Made by a program: the position numbers and the translations under genes
Part shown: positions 33,423-44,339 of the stretch, piece after piece
How the letters are laid out: each line of letters opens with the position of its first letter
Position numbering within the stretch: the stretch's first letter is position 1
The notes under the pieces: model-generated
What the model saw: only the letters and a program-made list of their open reading frames with translations
The model's database searches: none
What the model was told of the DNA's origin: nothing
Assembly: GCA_973895155.1 (NCBI GenBank)
Contig: OZ316899.1
Coordinates: forward strand, 643,573 to 707,572
Direction: 5' to 3'
DNA: 64,000 nucleotides
Source of the DNA: Marsupella aquatica
Taxonomy: Eukaryota > Plantae > Marchantiophyta

Positions 33423-36408
33423 AAATCCGTAACCTTATACTTATAACGGTCATATTATAAACCCTAACCCCCTAACCCTAGGCCCGCAACCCTGAAGTCC
33501 ATGTCAGCGAGGGTCGCCAAGATGATCTCCTGAAGAAGGAGACAATGTTAGCGAGGGTCGCCGACATACAATGTCAGACGATATTGGCATTTGCTACAAG
33601 GCCGCGGACCTCAGTTAGAGTCAAGATAGGTTGGTTTACACATTGATCCGTGTCAATGTCCCTTTTACAGATGTTTGCAAAGCACCAGTACAAGTGCTTG
33701 CACGGGAAGTAGGCTCTTCCCATCGACTCCCTATACATGAAATCCTTGCAGGAGCAACTTGGGAAGACACAGATCTGGACGCAATGTACTGAAGTTTGCC
33801 CCCTGCTAGTGTTGTTCACCATGAGCCTTATGCCGGTAGCATTCCCTGTTTCAATTCTCCTCATTGACGTGCACACAATGGCCTCGATCTTAGCATTTTG
33901 GATACGTGCTAATGCATCCTTGGGGGGGTCTGACCTCCTTCGCCTTGCCTGGCCATTGCAGCGAGTACCACGATCGTCAGGCCTTGTAGGATCTGGCCGC
34001 TCTGGGTATGTGTTCAAATCCATGATGATGTCGCCAGCACTCACTACCTCATTCATAACATCACCACCAGAAATGACATCCACTCCATTGTTGTGCAGGA
34101 AAATAACCTCTGCTTCTGTAAGATTAGTACCACGAGAGACCGGAAACTTTGAAGGCAATGGTGGTAGCACGCCGGTAATGAAAGGCAAAGAGGATTTTGT
34201 GCAACACTGGTTGTTCGGACAAAACCAATACGGATATGGAACACCTGGTTCATTAAATTTACTCCCCGCCAGCCAACAAATACCAACAACACCCAATCCG
34301 CTCACTTTCAATCCTGCCTCTCTAATAAATCGAGCACATACTCCCCGTTCCTTGCCTTTGAACGCACCTCTACAACCGGGACTCTTACCACATGTTGAGA
34401 TGCGGGCCAGAAATAACGTCCCTGGCACCAAATCAGTTTCCTGAACATGTCTTCTGACGGGCTCCGGACGTGGGGTTGACCTTGTCGTCCGTTGGAGAGG
34501 TTCCACAATGACAACTTCAGGCTCGCCCGAGCCACTACCGCCATCAGAAGACAGATCCACAACTTCAGGATCTGTGCTTTTTAAGGTTGCGTCCCTGTTT
34601 GCAACCCCCTTGAACTTCCTCTTCTTTGGTCTCGTTACCAGAACAATGTCAGGCCTATGTGAATCTTCTACTACCACATGAGCGCCAGATACGGCCTTCC
34701 CGCGCTTCATAGAAACCGTTTCTACATCTCTGCTAAGTGGGTCCGCCGACGAGAACTTACGCAATTCTGGTTGAGTTATAACTGTGTTCAATTTTGAAAA
34801 GAAAGATTCCACATTCCCAACAGCAGTAGCGTCTCGAAGTCGGAGTTCAAATAGGCTCGGTCCCCGCCCTTTCCTCCCACTGTGTTGGTAGTGCTCCAAA
34901 GATGCAACCTGGCTCAATGCTTGAGTTGCATCTAAGTTACAGGACTGTACTAACCCAACCTTTCTATTAGAGGACCATTTCCGCATGACCGCATGCACCG
35001 ACTCTGCCCCGCTGTGGTTAGGCATCAGCGCAGCCTTTTCTCTGTCCATCTCCTACAATTTCCAAGAAGAATGTCAATACAATTGGAAATATATCTCGGC
35101 GACCGCCGCCGATATTTGACAGAAAGCGTTACAGATAGAGGTCGTCCAATTGAACATCCCTTCAACTGACCCCATGTCAGTGAGCTTCGCCGAGATTTGA
35201 CGGATTTCATGCATATAGAGGAAAAGCGTTAGACACTTACAAGTCTTAAAAAATTTCCCCATTGAGAAAACCGAACAATCCACCAAGACATCCACGTTGT
35301 GAGCTCCTTCGCTTTTCCGGGTAGCGCGTTGCCCTCGCTCCACCACGTCTTAAGCTTCTCAAAAACTCGAAATGCAAGAACTATGTTGTCGGCGTGTCGA
35401 AGCGAATCTAGAATTTCCTTATGCTCAAATCTCTTCTGTGGGACAATGTGCTTCTGCACCCTCCACTGATTGGGCCCAGTGAAACGCATCAGACCTCTCT
35501 CTATGGGTATTTACCTTTCCATCCCAAAATTCATTGCGGATTGCATTCCACCCAGCAGTAGCATTATCAGCCATAAAGCCACAAAATTCAACATTGATAA
35601 GCCCATGTTCTCCACACACCCTCCTCATGACCTTCCATGCAGTTTGTAATGCCGCACTATCTTCTGAAACCAGCTCACAAACAAAGATTGTGCACAGGCC
35701 CCGATAGAAATGGTCATACACGTGTGCTGACATGGTGCACCATTTGTTGTCAAGTATATGATGCATCACATCAGACATCATCCATGAATGCTCGAGATCC
35801 CCGCCTGGCTGCATTCTTCGAACAAGGTCCACCCCGGAACCAGGACCTTCTGTACTCATTTTTAAAATGTGCGGTCGCTCATCTGTTCCCACGTTTTGGG
35901 ATGGGAACAAAACACTTTGGATAAACGGAAAGGCAGTCACCTTCCGCATCTCCAGTATCATGTTAAGATCAGACGACACATGACTGTACTTCTTGATGCT
36001 CCTGATCATAGAGCAAAAAACGGATTCATCACCGAGGATGGACAACATTTCATTAAGGTCTCTTGCCTCCTCAGATGTCACCATTTCAGCCACTGGGTCT
36101 TCAAGGATATCTTTAAGTTTCTGTATTGCCTCGCCCTTGATAACAGACAGCATAGCAGTCGGACTCATCTTCAGCTCCACCTCCACAAGATTGCGCACAA
36201 CTGATCGTTGATCCTTGTTATGCGTGAACATTGCAGGATGGGTGTGATTTCCTATATGCATCGCAACACGAGACTTGTGACAATAATTCACGTCATCCTT
36301 GGTTGGAGTGATATAGTACATCTCACTTGGGCATCGAGCTATACACCTGGGAGGCCTCTTGCAGTACGTACAAATTACACTCGATGGGGGAAGATCGCGT
36401 CCAACAGG

Positions 36409-39400
36409 TGTGGTGCGTCCCATGGCTCCCTAAACCCCAGAAACCCCCCTTCACAAGCCGATTCCCGCAGGTTTCGTGCTTGGCGAGGCTGTTTCCGCGG
36501 CTTAGTGGCATGGGATGCTGCTAACCTCCCTCTACTACTACTATTAACATTTTACACACATATACTGGACAGATCCTTCATCGGGTCATGAGATACGTAG
36601 CCGGCCTAATCTAGGCCTTCCCTTGTCTTCCCCTCCTTCTTGTTAGGTATATTTGGATTCCACCGCCGGAATGATCCCCAATAGGCTTGGTTAAGCCGCT
36701 AAGACCTCTCTCAGCTCGACACATCCAACTCTCACTCCCTTGCTTACTTTCCTTCATCTATTAGTTGATGTGGGCACTCTTCACACAAGTTAATGCGACA
36801 CACAAATAGCAAAATGACTCCTTCTGACTGAGTCATACCATGCACTTGCCATACAAATAGTACATCTCATACACAAGCTCTGCGAACTAAGCCGTGAGGC
36901 CAACTCTATTCAGCTCTTAGGCATGAGGAAACATGAATATACACAAGGGTCATTGTATGACTAACCGAGAGCTTCTCTTACTACTTGATCCCAGCCCGGC
37001 TGGTGCAACTAAAAACTTGCTAAAGAAGAGGCCCTGAGCTCCCCGCTGCCCAGGTACTTATCCTGGTAGTGGATCCGCCTAATTCTTTGCAGCGTAAGCC
37101 TAATCTACCTAACTGAATCTACCTATGTACAGCGAGGCAGGAGTACAAGTGTTGCTCTTACCAGTGGAACCGCAATCCCACTAAGCTAAGTGTCAGGGCC
37201 GCCTCCTGGTCCTGATCCTAATCCTAAACTTAGAGATTTGAGCCCGCCCTGCCCACTCATGCCTCCTCCCTCCACGTCCGCCCTCCTTGAAAGGAGCGGC
37301 CCTCCACCACCATCATGGCAGCGGTGTCTGTCCCTCAGTGGACGCCCCCAATGCTTCCTCCTCAGCCACTGCCGTAGGTTCGTTCTCTGACAGATTAGCT
37401 GTCCTTGACTGAGTCAACTCTCCATCGGCCTGACTAGGTCCACCCCCGGCATCGGCTACGGTATCGGCTTCAACATCAGCCTCGGCTACGGCCTCCCCTG
37501 CACACTTAAGTGGCAGATTGGGTACCTCGGCTTCATTACCGAGTATCCTGGCCTTGGCTTTGTCATCCCCTTCTAGGGTAGTTGGATCCTCTGCCGTAAT
37601 CCTGCCTGAGGTCGGTGCTGGGTTTACCTCCATGGTCACCACGGCCTGTGGAGCCGTATTACTCCTTGACCCTGAAGGTTTCCGTTTCTTCTTCTTTTCT
37701 GGTTTGGCAGCTGGCCCCTTCCCCTTCTCACTTACTTCCGGCACTGGTGCAAATGGCGCGGTTTGTCCTTCGGCCAGTACCACTCCTGGTAACTTAGTGG
37801 CCTCAATTTGAGTTGGCCCTGATGAAGCCAAGCACTTAAATACTGCGGCTTGTTTCTTCAGCCGCTCCGTTTGGTTGTCGGCTCGTCGTTGTAAGTTCTC
37901 TAGCTTCCGCGTGCTTTCCTCCAACTCCTCCTGCACTTCGTCCAGGTCCTTGCGCGCCTCCTCCAACTCCTTCTGGGCTTCCTTCAATTCCTTTTTAAAC
38001 GCAGCTCTCTCCTCCTGGGTCGCTCTTAACTCCTTGTCGAGCTCTGCAATGATGACAGACTCCATCTGGTTCATCTTGGCGTAAGTTTGATCGAGCATAT
38101 TGTCCTTCTCACGCAGGTCGGCTTTGAAGTTGGCCGTCAGGGACGCAAGCTCCTGCTGCAGCGCAATAATCCCTTGATAGGATTTCCCTAACTCGGCCTC
38201 CTTCTTCTCAAGGGCTCCGCGGATAACCTCGAGCTCCCCCTTCAATGCCCTTTCCCTTCTCTGGGTCTCCGCCATGGCCCGGTTGTTGGCCGTTATGTGG
38301 GCCTCCTCTGCATCCCTCAGCTCTCGCTTCCACTTCTCCCGCTCCTTGATTGCATCGGCCAACTCTCCTTGGGTTCGAGTTAGTTTATTCTCGATAATCC
38401 GATTATCAGACTGTGCGGTATCCAATTGGCCCTGCATGATATTTAGCTCATGCCGCTTAATCCGCAGCTCATCTTGGGCTTTCTTGGCTGCCCCCAGGTC
38501 TTTGATTTTGGCTTCTCTTACCCTAAGCCGACGGATGACCTCGTCCTTCTTGCTTCTTTCCAAAGCCACCGCTTCTTCTAATTGGCGCTTCTGCAACATC
38601 TCCCTCTGGAAAAAGGGTCCTTGCTCCAACTCCCCCCCAAAGATGCTGAGTGCTAGCTCTCCACACATTTCCCCGTACTCCATGGCTCTATCCTTAGCAT
38701 AGGTGGAGTAACTAGAAGTCATCGGCATCAACCACCGCGGCCTCTACTCCCAAGCCGTCTTGCGGATTTCTTCTATGGTGGCAAGAGGGTTGCTTTGTTT
38801 TTCTGCAAGCCGCCTGATGTCCTCTGGCCATTCTCCTCCTGGTAAATCCTTTTCCCTAGCCAGGGCTGCCTCTCTTCCTCCCTGATTCGCTCCTGAAATT
38901 CCTGCGCCGTCTGTTTTATGCCGTCAAAGCTCGGGGGAGCGACATCTGGTGGGGGAGACTCGGGGCTGCTCTGCTGGCTTGGGTCTCCTCGAACTACTCT
39001 TGGGAGCGTGGGGATGAACCGGCCACAGGTCCTTACTCCTGGAACATGATGATCCGACCCGTAGCCGGAGTCATCATTGCTGTAGTCCTCTACCGCCTCC
39101 TCTTCGGCTTGGACTACCGGCTTCTCCCGCTGTTCTCCTGGTTTTGTTGCAAACACGGCTTCACCTCTCACCGGTCTTGGTTCCTCTTCCGGCTTCCGTG
39201 TTGATCTCTTGTTCTCCTTGTCGTGGCCGGGAGCTACGGCCTGCTTTTCCTCGGCTTCGGGACTTGAGGCTCCTACATACATCCGGACTCCCGGCTCGTG
39301 TTCCGGCCTCCCTCTCTCCTTGACTCCAGTAAAGGGGTTTTCCCTTGTAAGCCGGCTTAGGTCGGCTTTTGGGGCAGCGTCCTGTATCGGTGCCGGTTCT

Positions 39401-41137
39401 ATTGTCGTTGCCGGAACCGTTCTCCTTTCCTTCTCCAGCAATTTCAGCAGATTCTGCATGCATGGTTGCTGCATCGGCAAGTCTTCTTTCCTTGGTCTAA
39501 ACACCTGCTCGATCGTCGGACTGTCAGGCTGGTTGGGCTTCTCTGGTGCCGGCCTCTGCTCTGGGACCTCCTCCGGTGCTCTTGTCGATAGGGGAAGTAC
39601 TGGGGCAAAGATTTGACTTCTGGCATACCGGCACAACAGCGGCATGTGATAGCCAAGTTGGGACACGCTTCCCACGCCGATCACCTGCTGTTCCTCCTTC
39701 AAGATCTTCTTCAGTTGGTTGAGGAGGTACCCGTTGTAATCCCGGCTTGGGTCTGGCCTTTCTGCCAGGTAGGCCTGAGCCTTGTCGATCTCTGCCCTCG
39801 GCAAGTTACAGTGCATGGTCACCCGCAAGAAATCAATCATCTCTCCGATGTGCGGGTTGGTGCAGGTGTTCCGGAAGAAGCCATTCTTTGTTGATGGTCC
39901 TGGGAACGACCGAAACTCCTTGTCAGGTAAGGTCTTCCTGGTATCAACCTTGGTCTTATTACCCATCGGCAAGCCAAACACTTCAGCAATCACCCATGGA
40001 GTGAGATAGAAATCCTTCCCATACACCCTCGTGGAATTGGTCTCGGGTTCCCATGATCCCACGAATTCTAACAAGTCTGAGTCCGGCACCTCCGGCTTCA
40101 GCCATGGTAATCTTACGAAGGCTTCCAAGCCGGATCCGGCCATGAAGCCTTGGTACTTCTTGGTCTGCATGGCTGTAAAGCATGCATCCTCCTCCCGTGC
40201 AAAGTGTAATTGCACTTCCTCCGGTAGGGTCGCCGCCCAGCCTTTCCAGGTGTCATCGTTTGTTGGAATGGCATTGATGGGGTCGACCTCCTCCTCCTCG
40301 GCTTCTCTTTGCCTCCTGCTCTGTTGTTCTGCTGGCTTCTTTGGTGCCGCCGACCGCGTTCTTTTTGCCGGGGTGGCCTCTTCATTGTTGTTCCCCTTCC
40401 TCTTCATCTCGGCTGTCGTGGATGTCTCTCCTAGCACGGTTGCCTTTGTCCACCCCTCCGTGCTACCCTTCAACTCCCAGTGTATGTCGTTGCAGCATTT
40501 GATGGCTTCTCGGATGCCGACGACTCTGTCTTCGCAAAACAGCAGGTCGTCTAGCTCGTTGCCAGTAGGCGTCCACAAGAATTCAGCCTTGATGAGTTCT
40601 CCTCCTAAGAAGGCAGCTTTCTACAGCTCCCACAATCGGGCAAGCTCCTGCCGTTCTCGAGCTGCTCTCTCTGATTCTGCGTCCTCGTAAGTCCCAATGT
40701 ACTCAGTTGCCCGTTCGAACAGGCATCCCCAAAAATGTGCCGCTTGATTGACGTTGCTCATACCCTTCTCGAGTTGATAGTCGGTATCTGTTCCCACCCT
40801 GAGCGCTTGCCTAAGCAGTTGACAGTAGTTGGCCGCCCGTAGTCGCCTGCTCAGTTCGTGCTTGCAAATGAGCTACTATTCCTCGCGAGCGGTCCTTACC
40901 CCTCTCCTCCTCTGGTTCTCCCTCCCGTTGGTTACCCCTAGCTGCCGGCACTTAGCGTGCCCTAACCCTAATCGTGTTCTCTCCCTTGGCGTCCTTACTT
41001 CCGGCCTCGGCTCGGGTTCCATAGTCACCCTTAATTGTTTATATTTTCCTTATTTATGTAACTATACTAAGGTGTTTCTAGGGTACACTTCCCTTTTCCC
41101 CTTAAACTAGCCCAATGATTCCTGGCTAGGCATCACA
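36409..41137 (-). mobile_element. 4729-bp solo-LTR-like insertion, copy 1, with an internal ORF
   Basis: In ORF orientation it starts TGTGATGC and ends GCACCACA; TSD ACAGG (36404-36408 and 41138-41142); homologous along its length to 51607-56284. Confidence 0.88.
37313..40900 (-). pseudogene. Insert-encoded protein (plant-mobile-domain-like N-terminal half plus long coiled coil), copy 1
   Basis: GLEAFVRLPW..LLEFVGSW..YGKDFYLTPWVIAEVFGLP, then an E/K/R heptad-rich region; broken by a frameshift near 38870 and TAG stops near 38746 and 40622. Confidence 0.7.
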
Positions 41138-42489
41138 ACAGGGAAAGGTAGCTCATTTGTGCCTGCTCGATCTCGGGTCCACTTTGCAGAATTGTGCTCT
41201 TGTCGCTGTTGAAAATTTTCACAATCCTCATGCAGACATCACAGAGAACCCAAACACTTGACGCTTTGGATCTTGTACGAGTGACTATTGTTGTTCAGCT
41301 TTGGGCCAATGTTTGCTCCCGTCTCAATTAACCGGCTCCACATGTAACAATCGTTCTTGTGCTCCATCCCAAAGAAGAAACAACCCTTAGAGTATGGACC
41401 AGTAAAGGGTGGCAACTCAAAAATATGGTCTCCATCATAGAATTCTGGCAATCGCAGAACTCTCTCGGGCAATTTCATGCTCAAAATCTTACGAGCAGCT
41501 TGTACACAACGAGAGGTCCCTTTTCCGTGCAACATGGCATGAACAACACTGACAAGGAACTCATCCTTCCATACCGAATCACCATCTTGGAGACCCTCGC
41601 GGAGGATGGATGCCTTTGAACGAGGTGTCTCCTTTGGTTGACGATAACAAGCTCCACGATCCTCCCAGAATTGGGATGTGTTTGACTAAGGTGTATTCAT
41701 TGGTGAAGGTTCACCATCTCGGAGACCCCCTCTGACATGAATCCCACTGGATCGAGGTGTCTCCTTTGGTGGAGTATCACCATCTCCGAGATCCTCCCAC
41801 ATTCGAAATGAATTCGACCGAGGGGTACTCGTCCGAGAAGGTTCTTCATGTCGGAGACCCTCTTTGACATGGTGTGCACTTGGTATGCACCCCGTCTTTC
41901 TGCAGAGAATATAAGACGCGCCATACTTCAGGTACCACTCTCGCTCATCTCCATCTCCTTTGGATTCAGCAGACGTGGACAACCCGTTCTCGCTCTCCTC
42001 ATAAATCATGAAATCCCCTACCTTCAAACCAAAATGGCTCGCTACTTCATGTTCCTTAGTCACTCGGACAATGTCAACGTTAGAATTACGAAAAACAACT
42101 ACATCCCCCGTTAAAGATGTGATAATCACAAGAGAGGCCATGTTTCCCAAATCCACATAGGGAATGATCTGACATCCCTTAAAACGACAAACTTTGAGGC
42201 TCAGTGTTAACGCACCTGTACGTACCAGTTACGGCCAAGAATACCATTCCGGACAACGTGCATAGAGAAATCGCATGACCCGGAACGATACTTATAACGA
42301 TACAACGTGCGTAGAACGAGCGTATGACCCGCAACGTACTTATAACGAGAATTGTACCGCAAAGAAGGTACCTAATTGCCAGCAGCCGCCAAGAAGGTAC
42401 ATTTCTGCAATGTGTGGATGTGGTACATTCTGCACGTCGTGGTCTTGAAAGTCCCATCGTGCGGGCCCGATCCCCTCTTTGCCCTACAT

Positions 42490-42995
42490 CAACTTTTTAT
42501 CCCTACTACTCGGCGAGGGTCTCTGAGATCTATTCGGGACTCCTGGGGCCCACACTCCTGTGCAAGCTCGAGTTTCACAGTAGGAAATTTGTTGACTTTT
42601 CAACATTGACTGTTCAACATCGACTCTCTGAGTCGGAGCATCATCGACTTTTTATCCCTACTCCTACTCGGCGAGGGTCTCTGAGATCTATTCGGGACAC
42701 CTGGGGCCCACACTCCTGTGCAAGCGAGAGTTTCTCAGTAGGAGATTTGTTGTTTTTGCAACATTGACTGCTCAACATCGACTCTCCGAGTCGGAGCATC
42801 ATCAACTTTTTATCCCTACTCCTACTCGGCGAGGGTCTCTGAGATCTATTTGGGACTCCTGGGGCCCACACTCCTGTGCAAGCGAGAGTTTCTCAGTAGG
42901 AGATTTGTTGTTTTTGCAACATTGACTGTTCAACATCGACTCTCCGAGTCGGAGCATCATCGACTTTTGATTCCGTCTCTTACTCGGCGAGGGTC
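42490..42995. repeat. Tandem array of a unit of about 157 bp (3 copies), each carrying the palindromic motif
   Basis: Repeated tttttatccctac..ctcggcgagggtctctgagatctatt..ggggcccacactcctgtgcaagc. Confidence 0.92.
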
Positions 42996-43954
42996 TCTAA
43001 GATGGATTTGGATGTAGGATTCCCAGATTGCCTCCTTGGCGCAGGTCTACTTCAGAGTTTGGTGTCGGTTGTTTGGAGTGCATATCATACTCGGCGAGCC
43101 TCTCTGAGATATATTCGAGCATTGTAAAAGAGAGAAAATGCCGGTCTGTACGGATATTTGCAAAAAAAATTGGATTCATGGTACGGAGAAGCGTTTCTAG
43201 TTCCATAATCCCATTTGGGCGAGGGTCTCCAAGATATATTCGAGCCTTGTAGAGGAAAAAACGCCCAATTTGGAGTTGCCGAGTCATTTTGTATGGATAA
43301 TTGTAAAAAGTTTATGGATTTATGGTACGGAGAAGTGTTTCTAGTTCCATAGTCCCATTTCGGCGAGGGTCTCCGACATCTTGGGTCCCACGGCGGGGGA
43401 CTAGTGCCTCTCAATTCCATCTCGGAGAGGGTCTCCGAGAGACACGATGCCTGATCTGCCTTACCTTTCCTCCCGTGATATGGTCCAAGAGTTTAGAGGC
43501 ATTGCCATTTCATGCACACTACTCCTTCTCGAAGAGGGTCTCCGAGAGTACAAGGTGTCTGAAGTTCTTCATCTCCTAGATAAAGTGAAGACATTTGGGG
43601 CACGCCTTTCTATGTTGGTGAGGGTCTCTGACATGGAGCAGGGGTCTTTTGGATTTAGATTGTCAACTTCCTTGTCCACAATCCTCTTTTGCGAGTGTCT
43701 CAAAATAGGATGACTGCCAGATGTGGCACACCACGCCATCTCGGAGAGGGTCTCCGAGATCTATCGGTGCTGTCTCATTGCAGCTTTGTATACCCCACCC
43801 AAGGGTATATAGGTTTAGGGTTTAGAGGTCTTTGTCAATCCCGCTATCCATTCTCGGCGAGGGTCTTTGAGATTTGGACTCGTATTGTGGGCCCCCATTC
43901 CCTCTTTGGGATGAGGCTCTGAGATGTTGACACGTCTCAGTATGGGCCGCAATT

Positions 43955-44339
43955 AATTGTCGACGAGGGTCTTTGAGATTTGGACCCTAAATCTCATACC
44001 CCCGTACTGGGCCGTAAACCCTAGAACCTTATGTACTTTCTTGTTTGGCCGCGTACTTTCTTGTTTGGCCCGTTAATTAACAAGATGTACGTTCTCTAGT
44101 ATAGTTCGGATCTCCCGTATCCATGTACTTGTGTGCGGTGCGGTACCGGGGATCTCTCGTATCCATGGAGTACTTCCGTGCGGTGCGGTACATGCGGTAC
44201 GAGGGTCCTTCCTTACTCTTCCTCGTCACCGGTGCGGTACGTGCGGTACGAGGGTCCTTCTTCCTTACTCTTCCTCGTCACTCTTGCTCTTCACGCTTCG
44301 TTAGGGCTTTCAACGTTGTTCTCACTTATCCCTGCGCTT
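43955..44339 (+). promoter_or_regulatory. Shared upstream module, copy 2
   Basis: Homologous to the reverse complement of 32106-32410; precedes the gene starting at 44891. Confidence 0.65.

Larger units (their letters stand above)
33574..42156 (-). pseudogene. MULE transposase with an N-terminal GCM/WRKY-like Zn domain and a C-terminal SWIM finger, interrupted by a 4.7-kb insert
   Basis: GMEHKND..W...CLGSL*C..C, continuing across the insert into CTYCKRPPRC..C..HIGNHTHP; then MSDVMH, FMADNA, DAFHW, GAESVH and SWIM CSCKDF..CKHLYW; GTAAGT donor near 35240. Confidence 0.85.

Noticed and set aside
33737-34444. 235-aa plus-strand ORF
   Set aside because: It is the antisense shadow of the SWIM-containing transposase ORF.
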